Shown here: piece by piece, positions 35,201-48,096 of the stretch | Numbering within the stretch: position 1 is the stretch's first letter | Layout: every line of letters begins with the position of its first letter | DNA from: Babesia bigemina | Lineage: Eukaryota | Assembly (NCBI RefSeq): GCF_000981445.1 | Contig: NC_027217.1 | Location: 682,001-746,000 of the forward strand | DNA length: 64,000 nt | Direction: 5' to 3' | Program-made: the position numbers and the translations under genes | Notes under the pieces: generated by a model | Seen by the model: the letters and a program-made list of their open reading frames with translations, nothing else | Told to the model about the DNA's origin: nothing | The model's database searches: none

Positions 35201-37550
35201 ATGGCTCCAACCGATACTGAGGTGGGTTGAGTATGATATATACACGACGTGGGTGCCCTGTGCAACGTTGACCCTGCTGATAAGTTGCCGGCAGCTTCGC
35301 GGCGCCTCCGCTACTCCGCGCTGAGGAACACGTTAATGGCAGCGGCGATATAGCCTCCAATTCTGCCAGTAGACCGCCAATCTGATGCTGTTGTAGGTGA
35401 TAGTTCAGTTTCGGGACGCCAATGAGGGCGTGCTGGGATCTACGCTCACTGTGCCCGTGCATCTCTCGCGTGACCGACTGGAGGAGCTGCTGCGTTCTTT
35501 GCTAGCTAGTGAGGAGCTCGAGGGCGCCGATGACGACAGCATCCGCTACACGTTCATCCTCGAGAACAGCCAGGAAATCGCAACTACTTTGGAGGCGGCG
35601 CTGGAGGCGTTAGGTGGCGAGCGTTCCGGTGAGGGCGTGCTCAACATCAAGTATGTGCCGCTATCCATCTACAAGATCAGGCCTGTGACACGGTGCTCAT
35701 CTTCTCTGGAAGGTTGGTGGCGCCGCGTTTTAGTATGACCCATTGGCAGGTCACAGCGAGTCGGTGCTTTGCATGGACTTCAGTCCTGACGGAACCATGC
35801 TGGCCACTGGATCCGGTGACAGTGCCGTGCGAATCTGGGACCTGCAGACGGCGACGCCCATAAAGACTTTGAAGGGCCATACCAACTGGGTCCTGGGTGT
35901 GTTGTGGTCGCCCGATTGCAAGAGGCTCGCATCGGCGGGTATGGACGGCCGCGTGCTAATGTGGGACCCATCGTCCCCCCAATCGCATCACAGCACCCTG
36001 TCGGGGCACACCAAGGTACGTCGCGACTATAATGCACGAGCCACTAATCGCACCGTGCACCTCATTGGGGGTAACCTGCCTCAAAAGGCGGCATTGCCCA
36101 TGTTGCGTTTGCGGAGTGCATTAGTAAATGCGGGCGATAAACGCTGCTGCAGGCCGTAACAACCCTGGCATGGCAGGCTCTGCACCTGCTGGACTTGTCT
36201 GTGCGAGAATACCCGCTCCTAGCCAGCGGGAGCATGGACTGCAGCATCAAGATATGGGATGTCGTCACAGGGCAGTGCATGCGCACGCTCAGTGGTCACA
36301 CCCGAGGAGTATCGCAGGTCATCTGGTCAGGGGAGAAGGGCAACTGGCTCTTCAGCGCGTCAAGGGACACTTTGCTGAAGGTTTGGGACACGTCCACCGG
36401 CGGCCTCGTGAAGGACCTGAAGGGCCACGCTCACTGGGTCAACACGTTGACTTCCAACACCCACCGCGTGATCAAGTGCGGCCCATTTTCTGCGGACAAC
36501 TTCCAGCGCGGCCACACGCAATTCTCCGGAATAGAGGAGATGGTGCAGGAGTCGCAGCGGATCTACAAGAAGTTCATCGGCGAGGTGGGTTCGACTTTGT
36601 CGTTGGCCATTCCGTCGAGCAGTCCGGCCAGGAGAGGCTATTATCCGGCTCCGACGACAACACGATGTTTATATGGCTTCCCCACGCGCAATCGCGTAAA
36701 CCGGCGCATCGTCTCACCGGTCACCAACAGCTGATCAACCACGTGTCGTTTTCGGCAGACGGCAGGTTCTTCGCGTCGGCGTCGTTCGACAAAACCGTGC
36801 GCATCTGGTGCGGGATAACGGGCAAGTTCCTGCGCGTTTTGCGGGGGCACATAGGTCGGGTGTACCGCGTCGTGTGGAGCTGCTGCGGGAACCTCCTCGT
36901 GAGCTGCAGCTCCGACACCACCCTCAAGCTGTGGGATGCGGCAACTGGTAAGCTGAAGTTCGACCTTCCAGGCCATGCCGACGAGGTTTACACGGTCGAT
37001 TGGAGCAACTGCGGGCGCACTGTGGCTTCAGGTGGGTGATTCGTGTTGTAACTTCGTGCCGTTGCATCGCCACAAGCTCTGTCTACATGCGTCTGAGTTG
37101 AGTAGCGTTGCCATAACAGTGTGATAGTAGTGTATGTGCAATTTGCCTCGTAACTTCTATCCTTTTACCACCTATACAACCACCGTGTTTGCCATCGTGT
37201 GCCCACAAACGCCCTTTCGGCGCCAAACAAGCGCATGGTCAAACCACGAAACGTGCTGGCCAAACGTGCCATGTTTCTGCCTCGCAATTGCGGCCGAAAC
37301 GGTTCGTCGCCAACAAACATCTGTGCCCATGTTCTTGTGCCATATGTGTACGCTTTGAGTGATTTGGTGTTTTCCTTCTGCGTGGAAGGCCACGCGGTCC
37401 AACAGAGCCTTTGCGAAGGCGGCCAAAACATGCCAAAAGGGCTGTCTATTCACTCCTGGTGCTTCGTGTATCTTCCACGTGCCACAATGTGCCCGGAATT
37501 GATGATGTGCAGGCGGCAAAGACCGCATCGTGAAGCTATGGTGCCACTGA
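35201..37550 (+). CDS. NLE1: Notchless homolog (NLE1/Rsa4), 60S biogenesis WD40 protein
   Basis: MAPTDTE|VIVQFRD NLE domain; RPVTRCSSSLE-GH; ERLLSGSDDNTMFIW; RLTGHQQLINHV; DLPGHADEVYTVDW; last exon 37513-37550 GGKDRIVKLWCH*. Confidence 0.95.
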
Positions 37551-37628
37551 AATGTGCGAGTCTCCTCCGGCCAACGGGGTCTGCGGCAGGCCAAGTCCAG
37601 TTGTATTACATCGGCACTGCGCGAAGTA

Positions 37629-39224
37629 ATGTACAACACTGAGTACGAGCTGGTGGTGAGGCTGCTGCAGCACTACTTCGGCGCGCAGGTGGCGAAGGTC
37701 GGAGGCGCGATCCTTCTCCGCGGCCAAGTGACTCTGCAGCGGCTGCTGAGCCAACCGCACTTCGACTTCAAGAGCGTTCGCAATAGCTTAATAATCTTAA
37801 TCCACCATGGCTTCGTAGACTACGTGTTGCAGCCTCCGCAGGCAGGCGGTCGCCGCTCTGCGGCTGTGCTGTACTCCATGAACTGCGAGCGCGTTCTGGC
37901 GTTCCCTCTCCTGCCCTTCGGCTGCGTCATGGCGAAGAAGGAGCTGACGGAAGCCTGCTGCGCCATCCTGGCGCTGGCGGCGAAGCGTGGTACTATATCG
38001 CAACGGCGACTCTGCGAGCTGTGTGTCGCCGATCTGTCCTTGCGGCCCGAGGATGTCGCGTCCTCCGTGGCCAGTTTGATGCAGGCGGGATACCTGAGTA
38101 GCTGCGAGTCATACCGCCATCGCTTGACGACTGCGGAGGTCACGTCGAGAGGCACGGACCCAAACGACCCGCTGGCGGCAATGAACTCCGCCATCTATCA
38201 CGTGATGCAAGGCGCGGAGCTCACTGGCGCCGACGGCCCCATGTTGCGCGTAAACTCGCAGTACGTGGTTGACCGTTTGCTGAAGGAAGAGATCGTGAAC
38301 CTCGTCTGCAGGCGGGTGGGCGACCTCCCGCTGCTCCGTGCGATCATGAAGGTGCTTCTGGACAACCCGCGGAAGGAGTGGCCGCATGTGGTGGAGTACA
38401 CGCAGCTGGAGTCGAATGTCCTCCGCGTCCTGCAGGACGAGTTCGGCAAGAGCCAAAGCGGAGAGCAGGTGATGCGTCTGCTCAGCGCGCTGAACAAGCA
38501 CCCCGACAACCTCGTCCGGTACGAGGCTGTGACGCGCAGCTACTACTTCGACTGGGACAAGGCTAAGGGCATGTTGCGCAGAAAGACCATTTTCGGGTGG
38601 GTGATCCGTCGTACTACGTTAACGGCGCGCAGGTGCGTGCGGCAGCTCTGCGGGCTGAAGTCTGCAAGGGTATGGAGCCTGCTGGTGTCGACGAACGAGA
38701 AAAATAGCCACGCCACGTTCGACGCGCACATGGTCAGCACCAGGGCGCTCGTGTCAATGCAGACCGCCAGGGGCATCCTGTACGGCCTGACGCTGCGTGG
38801 TCTCGCGAAACACCACGAAACGGTAGGAGGATTAGCGCATACAAGGATACCAAATATGTCAGGACGCCGTGGTTACCACCATGCCTGCGACAAACACCAG
38901 CGACAGGCACGTGCTGTCGTTTTCGTCAAGCGTCGAAAGCGTGGGTTTACAGCAAAGGGTTGAGCTCAATGCCCTCAGACATACCTCCAGCTCATGAAGC
39001 ACTCGTTCAAGTTCGCCTCCAACCTCCTGGAGCGACTGGGCTGCGAGCGAGTGGGCGTTTTGAAGAGGTAAGATGCGCGCACCTGTCAGTGAGCCCAGTG
39101 CAGCTTCTTCACGGCGACCGGGAAGAGCGAGGAGGTGTACTCGCGCAACCTCAAGGCGTGCGACACCGCGGAGGCCCACCTCTTCCATGTGCTGAAGTTT
39201 GTGGTTCTGATGCAGCGCCTTTAG
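37629..39224 (+). CDS. RPC3: RNA polymerase III subunit RPC3 (C82/C62), multi-exon
   Basis: N-terminal eWH pattern LLQHYFGAQVAKVGGAILLRGQVTL...VRNSLIILIHHGFV; later G-x-x-SARVWSLL and ARGILYGL segments. Confidence 0.75.
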
Positions 39225-39749
39225 TGCGGAAGGCAGCGACACGCATCGCATGGCCCACACACGCCGGGCAATCCGTCCGGTATATTACGTTCGGGCGCAC
39301 ACACATCCCATTTTCAATGGCAGTTGATGACTATTTCCGCCTAATATGGCCGCTTAGAGACATTTATGCAGTCGGTGAAGACCGTCACTTAGCGCGTAGG
39401 CCGGCATGTCAGAAGTCGCCGGGTCGGACAGACATGACAGCACTGCAACATCGCCTAACACATATAGGAACGTCTAACACACGCCACAGAATCCATCCGG
39501 CCGAGGGGTGTCGGCCGAGCTCGGCTCTCACGACATCGCCTCGCACCGGCTGCTGCGAAGTGCACACCGTTGCGATGCGGACTTTGCCGGGAAGCATGGC
39601 AAGGGAAGTCGTCAGAAAGGTTGGTGGGCAAAAAATAATAATGAACGGTATCGCCGACCCCTCCAACTGCTTGTTTTCCCCGCTGGGATTCTAACGCGAA
39701 CGACACGACCGGAGAAGGTCGGACGGAGCTGAGCGGTTTGGGAAAAACG

Positions 39750-40963
39750 ATGAGGAAGGTTGACGGCGATAATGGCGTGGCGACGAAGCCATCTGCTCGC
39801 CCGCCGATGCCTTCGTCGCGAGTGCCCACCTTCGTGTGGATGCTGCTTAACATTTCGTGCATCGGCGCATTGTTGGTAGAGGGCAACGCCATTTTGACGC
39901 CATACTGGCGCACCGCTGAAACAATTGGTGGGTTGGAAGTACGTTCTGAGTAAAGGAGCACGTGCAGCGTACAGCTACATGTTGATGGGGACCCGCCGAC
40001 AGCACATTGTGGGCACTACGCACTTCGGCCTCCTCAACGTGAGTTACGACGAAGGTTCGCTAATTCAGCCGTGGGAGCAACGGCTGGAGAGCGTGAGGGT
40101 ACGTCGCAATTTGTCGCACAAACAACTGGTTTCAGGCCAAGGCCTTCACCGCTTTCCAGTTTCATGACCAGGACGGCAAAGGGACGTACCGCAGCATCGA
40201 GGCTAGCTTCTGCCCCGAAGCGTGCAAGTCTGCTATCATGATTCGCATCAATGCGTATGAAAGCATGATCGCCGTCAACAAAAAGGTTGGTGCGGTGGGC
40301 AGTGGACTATATGAATGCAGCTTTTGTTGGCCCTGGTGCTGGGCTGCGTTATGGGCGTCATGGGCATCGCGTGGTACGTGTTTTTCGAGGAAAGCGTCAT
40401 GATATCTGCGGTAAGTTGCGGCGATGGCGGCGCCGAAAACTGGTTACAGGGATTTTGGGTATCTGCCGCCGCCCTGATGGCCGGCACCACGCACTACTGG
40501 TCGGGACGCATGCGCGTTTTCTGGACTACCGTTCTCTTCTCGCAACAGGTATTTCACTGCGCTGCGGACGACAGCACATGGCGTACAGGTACCGTACCCG
40601 CATGACGGGCTGAATGTGCGCTACACGTACATGGTCGCCGCGACACTGGTATGCAACGCATTGCTGCTGTCACTGTCCGGCGCAATCTGCGCGGGTTTGC
40701 ACACCTATCGGATGAAGAGGTCGTTGCAAGCGCACCTGAGGAAGCAGCAGGAAGGCGTTGACCCCTTTAACGACCCCACGTCGTTCAACATGTTCCAGCA
40801 GGGTGTGCCATCGGCGCCTCCCGCGGGGCCGCCCCAGGCCAGCCTCAACCCCGGGCAGCTGTTCTCCGGCATCGGTTTCAACCAAGCGCAGCAGCCAAAC
40901 TACCAGTACCAGGCGAACTCCGCCACGGGTCCTTCCATGTGGAACACGAACCTGTCTTACTAG
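39750..40963 (+). CDS. Four-TM claudin-like protein with Pro/Gln-rich tail (CLAMP-like), multi-exon
   Basis: TM1 followed by YW...FGL and a Cys pair (FCPEAC), three further hydrophobic helices, and a tail PSAPPAGPPQ. Orthology to CLAMP is inferred only. Confidence 0.5.
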
Positions 40964-41820
40964 TGGGAAACACGAGCCATTTTACTGACAAATGCAGCAG
41001 ACATAAAACTGTAAAATACCTCCATAATATGGTTACATCGCCGTTCTGCCGTGGCTCGGCTTCCCGTAACGCCGCGCGGAGTGCCGCCGGCAGCCAGGAA
41101 GGCCTCGCAAGGCCATGGAAGCGCATGGCACAAGGGCCTACGGTGTCACAAAATGCGTATACCAACCAACACACAACGCTGCTTACAAAGCCTCCAAACG
41201 GCTAAGCGCGGGAATGAGGGTAGACGACTTCCAAGCTGTTACGCTTCAGATAATCTGTGTGACCCTTGGAAGTCCACGGCCAACCCGCGCCTCCGCACAC
41301 AATATTTACCGATTACAAGTAACTGATAAATTAAGACCGAGCTCGCGGGCGAACGTCAGCTTCTGCCTCGCACGACCCCGAGGCACATTGCCCAGGCTGG
41401 GTGATGGGGAGGAATGGGCGGCCACACTGACACCGACGACGGCGGTCATCCATCGTCAACACCCGTTTATTTCCGCGGCTAGAAACATATTCTATACGCT
41501 CGCGGACTCTGCGGCTTCTGTTTGATTTGTAAGTTTCAGTAGGCTGTCAGGCGATTCGGCGACAGCGCGACACCCTCGGCAATTCGCGCTGAACACGGGC
41601 CCAAAGCGGGGGACGGCGCGCCTGTTATTTGCAAAAGTGCCAAAAGGTGTCATCTGCTGCGTGTAGTGTGGAGGATTCGCCACAGGCCAGGCAGTGTCGT
41701 TCCACCGTTTGAGGGAGCCGTGCTGGAGTTAGCGTTGTCGCCCCTCGCACCACCGCTACGCCGTTGCGTGACCGTTTCATATGTTTACAGTTCCCACATT
41801 GCGCTGCAAGATCGTTTAAA

Positions 41821-42355
41821 ATGGCGAAGAAGCCCGATCCGAATCAGATAGTCTACGGTAGGTTATGGAGCCTAACGAATTGACGCCCACGCAGTGTACC
41901 TCCGCCAATTGGGTGGCGAGGTTGCGCCGTCTTCCGTGCTGGCCCCGAAGCTGGGTCCTCTTGGTATGTCCCCCAAGAAGGTGGGCGACGACATCGCTAA
42001 GGAGACCGCCCACTGGAAGGGCATCAAGGTCACGGTGAAGCTGACCATCCAGAACAGGCAGGCCAAGATCGAGGTGAAGCCATCTGCGACGGCGCTGCTG
42101 ATCAAGGAGCTGAAAGAGCCGCTTCGTGATCGTAAGAAGGTGAAAAACATCAAGCACAGCGGTAACCTGACGTGGGACCAGCTGATGACTGTCGCCCGCA
42201 CTATGCGCGAATGCTCCATGGCCAAGACCCTCTCCGGCACGGTGAAGGAGATCCTCGGCACGTGCTTCGCCATCGGCTGCACTATCGACAACGAGAAGCC
42301 GCGCGTGCTCCAGGAGAAGATCGACAACGGCGAGATTGAAATCCCCGCGCAGTAA
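41821..42355 (+). CDS. RPL12: 60S ribosomal protein L12 (uL11)
   Basis: [22 protein letters not shown]...[21 protein letters not shown]...[18 protein letters not shown]; intron about 41858-41894. Confidence 0.98.
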
Positions 42356-42616
42356 CACGTCTTAATGTCGCATGATGGTTTACTCATTGTCGGCCGCCAC
42401 AGTGGTTATCGTGGTACTCTGCAACTTCTTCTCATCGCTGCGTTCACTGGTTGTCCATAATGTCGCGTCCGCTTCCGTAATCCAGCGCCATTCGCATTGG
42501 GAGGCGTTGTTCGCGCCAGGGCGCGCGAGCGTCTGCACGGTACGAAACCGGCGCCGCAGCTAACACAGCAGCAATGTGGCCGCCAACGCGGTTCGCTAAC
42601 AACTAAATGCGGCCAT

Positions 42617-44201
42617 ATGAGTCGCGTATTTGTCAAGCAGGCGCCCCGGCTCGTCCGCCAGCATCTGCCACTTGTCCAGACGCTTAGCGCTTCCGCGGTT
42701 GTGGATGCGCTGGAAGATGCCGCGAATTTGCGCCACCGCGACTCCTACGTGGAGGAATTCATCCTCCGCTGCGAGTCTCGTGCGCTGGCTCTGCTCCCCG
42801 ATTTGAGGTGTGTTGGCCGTAGAGCGTGAGCACGGATGTGCAACAAGCTCAGGTTAAGCGGCATAGTACGGTCTCTTTTCGCGTTAAAGCGGGCTAATGT
42901 GCGGTCTGGTACGTTTGCTGACGAGGTGTGTGAGCACATGTCGGTGAGACTCTTCATTATCGCACCAGGTGGCGAGATTCCTACTAGAGGAATGCGCCAC
43001 GGGGAAGTTGTACGACGGATTCCTCGACTGCTGTACTGCCAACGACTTGCTGCTGCTATACAAGGCATTCGCAGTGTAAGGTGCATCTGTAGTGGAATGA
43101 ACCATGCTGCCAGTGTTGGATACTTCAACGTCCGGCTCTACACTCTCTGCATGGGTCTGCTTGCGACTCAGACACCGCATATGATCCCCGCCGACTGCTG
43201 CGTTTTCTTCCAGTCACATGTGAAGTACGTAGAAGCGCTGAAATCAGGCGGCTTTCACAATTCGGACCATGCGAACACTCCGGAAATGATCTTGTGCCCA
43301 TCACTTGCCACGGAGATCACGCTGCGCTTCCTGCAGCAGGTAAGCAATTCGCACCCAGGCAAAAAGTTGTCTGACTGTGTTGCTGAGTGTAAAGTACGCT
43401 TAATCCAAAACCTTTGCCTGCTGGTTATGCCACCGCTCACCCCAATGCAGGATGACGCGACACCAGAGGACCTCACCGTCTTTGCCGAGTGGCTCGTGCG
43501 TATGGGGGACTACTACGTAAGATGATTGACAAAATATATGCCTGTATAGGCATGCAGGGCATTAGTGACGAGTTATCTGGCCGTGTGGCTGCGCTGCATC
43601 GGGCATTATCGCCAAAAGCTGTCATGTTCAGCGTAGATCACATCCACAGGTAAGGCACAATTGCACTGAGGCAGATGGTCACAGGCTCGTTCAAAGCACT
43701 TGCAAAATCAAGGCCCACATGGAACCGCTGCACCTGCCATCGTCGTTGCTTTTCATCCAAAGCCTTTTGCACGAAGCGGAGAGGTAGGGCAGAGCATCGG
43801 CATGCACCAGTGGCGCAGGCGCAGCGACATTCACACGTACGAGAACGCTTTAGCCACGTTGCACGCAGTGGAAGACATGGCGACGTTGCCCTTCGAACTC
43901 GTAAGCGGTGGGTCTACGAGCTGCGCGGCAGAAGCTTTCTGCAGGGCTCCTGTATACCGTGGTCAACAACGTTGGCCCTGGCGATGCTGAGCGCGTGCGA
44001 GGTATCCTCCGAAAGCGGATACAAGGTTCAGGCACTGACGAGGTGGAGTTTCGCAGCGTGCCAATGGAATATAAAATTGACACGTGCCCCCCCGCGGTGG
44101 TCGCAGTAAAGGTGTGTGAACCTGTTTGTGGCATTAAGATTCTGCAGCTACGGGAAATGCTGGAGCGTCTAGACATAAGCCACCGTATCTCCGCAACGTA
44201 A
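42617..44201 (+). CDS. Hypothetical multi-exon protein
   Basis: Chain of + strand ORFs joined by short GT-AG introns from ATG 42617 to TAA 44201. No firm family assignment. Confidence 0.55.
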
Positions 44202-44406
44202 AACCCCCTCCAAAAAGCACTGCGAGGGGGGTGAATGTCTCTCCGTGTGGATTGTGATGTGTATTACACGCGTACGAACGGAGGCTCCACTACGGCAGTG
44301 ACGGGCCACGGAGCGACTTCCATCGGTCAACTGTATCGCAAAATATAGTATAGCATGGTTAGACACTGATGCCACTGTAGAAACTGGCGCCGATGACGCA
44401 TCGGCG

Positions 44407-47400
44407 ATGTTCATCTCGGCTCATGCGCGTTACCTCGACTTTGGCGGATTCGGGCGCGACCTTCTGCTCATATCCGTTCTGTTTGCAACCGTAACTCCGG
44501 CTGTAAGCGGCATTCGGCACCAGGCGTGTGGACACGACTCCTTTTGGACGCCGTCCAGCCTGGGTAGGTGTGGATTCCAACGGCAACTCTGCACCAAGGA
44601 TGCCTACATACCGCCACCAGCGTATCGCAACTTCGTAGATCAGGGATGGCGCGGCACCACCTGGGAATACGGCGCATCCGCCGATAAGGAGGTCAGGATT
44701 CACGGGCTTCGCAGCACCCCCGATGGAGCGGCATTCGGCAATGTCTCCTTTAGCGCAGGCCCAAAATTTCCGTCGAGCCAAGCGTATCAAGCGCCCATCG
44801 GGCAATACAGCTACTCGGGTTATTACGTTAACGAATACGACAGCGGGGTAAGGCCGCATGCCAACCGATACGCATACCGGTCGTTCAACGATGGGACGCA
44901 AGGCGGGTATTCCTATGCGAACATGCGCAACCACGCGTATGGGCATCCTCCATTCCCCGGTAATTCGTATCAAACCCAGGTGTCGTATGATCGCGCAGTT
45001 GGATATGGTGCGTACCACTCATACCCGGGCTATGATCGCCACCGCGGCCCTGCTACCCGCTACGGAATGCAAAAGTGGCACTCGTCGTCAGGATTCCCCA
45101 ACAAGAGGCCATATCACCCGGGCATGGCGAGGTTCTCGCCAGCGGCGGATGGGCGGCATGCGCCCTTCGAAGCAACTAGGGATACGCGCGCCAGAGGCGG
45201 CGTGTATGGTAGTGAGAATGTGAGAGAGTTCTCAGCCGACGACGAAAAGGAGCAATACGGAGAGTCTGGGCTCACAAACAGGGAGTACTTCTGCTCGTTT
45301 CGTGTGTACAATCAGCTGACGTGGATGAACGACTTCACACCACACGAGGAATGGCCGGGCGTGTCGAAACTGAAGCACGGGGAGGTGTTCAACGTCATGA
45401 TTCGTCATTGGATGACACCGGTGCGTGCTGTTGCCCTGTCGCTTGACAAGATGGCCGAGTGCTGCCTGGTTGCCGACGGCATCCCCCCTGAGCTGTCGAC
45501 CCCGACGGTGAAAACGCATTTCAAGGCCGACAAGATCGTGCAGGTGAAGCTGAAATGGCCGCAGGAGTTTGACGACAAGGGCAGGCCCCTTGTGGTGATG
45601 CATTTCCCGAATGGTGACCCACCGGCGTCGTACAGCGCCGGCGACCTCGCGTGGAGCATCCCGCTGATGATCAACGGCAACCAGGCCATCATGAAGCTCG
45701 AAGACAGCAACCATGTCGCGCTGATGTACCTCTGCGAGTTGGGTGCGCCCTTGATCGACAACAAGCGTTACGGTTTTGCGGATTTCCTGGGAAAAGGCGA
45801 ACGGATCCAGTTGCAGATCACGCATACGCCGCATCATCCAGATCATATCACCTACCGTGCGTGCGTGCCGTGGGCGTCGCCCAAGAGGCTGGAGTGGGCC
45901 CGGAAGTTTCCTGAAATAAAGGAGATGCTCGCGCCTTGCGGTAAGTTTGTGCCAGCCACACCGACTAAACCCTGATCAGAGTACAACCGCAACTTCTTGA
46001 ATGTTATTGCTCGCAGCCCCGCATATCGTAACATGAGTTTCGGCAACCCAGAGATGCCGCCGTCCGATTACAAGCCAGAGCCGCATGGCAGCAACCAGAA
46101 GGACATCTACTCGTTTCTTCCCACCGCGGAGAAGCCGCTCAGCATCAGCGAATTCACCAAAAGCATCGGCGGCAAGCTCAAAGACGTGCTCAGGTACCTC
46201 CTGCTGCAGACTAAATCGCCCGTGGACCCGAACACGCCCATACCCGTGAACCTGGCCAAGACGATCTACAACTTCGTGTCTGGCCGTACAGAGTTCAACG
46301 ACATCGACACGTATGCGAGGGCGTACGAGATCGACCAACTCAAGGAGAAGAGCATCGTCGTTAGTCTGGAGAGACCGCCGGTCGTTGTGCTGATGGGCCA
46401 CATAAACCACGGCAAGACAGCGCTGTTCGACATGCTGACTGGCACCTGTAACGTCGAGAAGGAGCCCGGGCAGATCACGCAGATGGTCCGCACGCACAGC
46501 CTCACGGGCGAACGTGCGATGACGCTCATCGACACGCCCGGCCACGAGGTGTTCGACGCCATGCGCAGGTGCGGCGCGACCATCGCCGACATCGCGCTCG
46601 TAGTGGTGGACTCGACGGAGGGGCTGATGAAACAGACGCGCGAGTCCATCAACCTGTGCAAGCAGCTCGGCATCCCGTTCATCGTGGCCGCCACGAAATG
46701 CGACCTGCCGAATGCGCGCAACCGTGCTGAGGAGCTGGCGCTGCAGCTGAGTGAAGAGGGCGTGGTGATCGAGGGTCTGGGTGGCGACATTCAGTTTCTG
46801 CAGGTGTCTGCAAAGGAAGACACTGACAGCGCGAAGCAATCGATCGTCGACGCCATCATGCTCCAGGCTGCTGCCAGTGACGACCACGTGGTAACGGAGT
46901 CGCCCGGCACCATCGGGAGGGGCTACATTCTCGACTCTGGCAAGGGCAACCGCACCCCGCCGTTCTGTCTGGCCATCGTCAAGCAGGGGAAGATCGCCAA
47001 GGACAGCTACTTCGTGTCAGGCAAAACCATCGCAAAAATTAAAGGTCTGAAGACGCACGCGGGCAAGCGCGTCACCAGCGCCGTGCCATCTCAGGCGATT
47101 TTGGTGGAGGGTTTCGAGGACGGAATCCTGCCGACCCCAGGCGACTCGTTTGTTGTCTACACCGACGAGGAAAGCGCGCGCGTGTTAACTGACGACAAGA
47201 TCGACACTGAACGGGAACAGGTGGCGGCGACCGAACTGCAGCGCATAATATACGAGGGGATCGATGCGCTGGCTGGACGTGCAACCGAGGACACCACAGT
47301 CAAACGCGTGCCAGCGCTGGTAAAAGGCGCGACACAGGGCCTGGTGGACGCACTGAAGCACGCGTTATCCGCCTTGAATGTCCAGGGCATGATGAGCACT

Positions 47401-48052
47401 GCGGTGTACGAGATAGTGGAGGCGACGGCAGGCCCGATATACCAGGTGAGCAGCGCAGTTCACACGCCCACATAGAGTCTCAGTCGGACATAACATCGGC
47501 CTATGGCGCTAATGCGGTGATCCTCGCGCTAGACAGCCCACTGAGGGTGGATGCGAAGGTTCGACGTTGCTCGATCCCAGTCAATCACTTGCAGAGTGAC
47601 GCCAAGAAACACAACGTCACGGTCGTCAGCAGTGAGGTTATCTACGACCTGATGGAGAAGGCTCGCGAGCTTCTGGCGCAGCGCCTCGGCGACCGGCTGC
47701 TGACTACGCCGTACGGCAGTGCGCGGGTACTGAAGGTGTTCGACGCAGCGAAGGTACGGCTACCGAGTACAGAACCATATACAGCGCTTCAGAATGCCAA
47801 GGCTGCTGGTTGTGTCGTCCTCAAAGGCAGAATCCCCAAGAACAGCGCCATCCGCGTTCTACGCAACAACAGGCCGGTATACGCGGTGAGTCGGCACCAT
47901 GTACCGCTGATTACGCGCAGGGTAAAATAGCGTCGCTGAGACACACAACGGACAGTACCGATGAGGCGGTTGAGGCGCAGTCGTGCGGCATGACGTTCGA
48001 GGGGTGGAACGACGTGCAGGTCAACGACGTCGTGGAGGCTTATGAGCCGTAG
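44407..48052 (+). CDS. infB: Organellar (probably apicoplast) translation initiation factor IF-2 with long N-terminal extension
   Basis: RPPVVVLMGHINHGKT, ITQ, IDTPGHEVFDAMRRCGA, EGLGGDIQFLQVSAK; C-terminal SLRH...CGMTF...DVVEAYE. Intron 45941-45979 joins the 44407 and 45997 ORFs in frame. Signal-peptide-like N-terminus. Confidence 0.85.
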
Positions 48053-48096
48053 CGCACCAGCACACATCTCACCAGCTCCAATTAATTAGTTGCAAA

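Noticed and set aside
37172..37642. Overlapping 147-155 aa ORFs on both strands as a nested gene
   Set aside because: Non-ATG starts, no protein-like features, and the region is explained by the NLE1 last intron and exon.
45976..46887. Long antisense ORFs (also 63114-63899, 41816-42358 and 15955-16542)
   Set aside because: Shadow frames caused by codon bias or repeats opposite well-supported genes.
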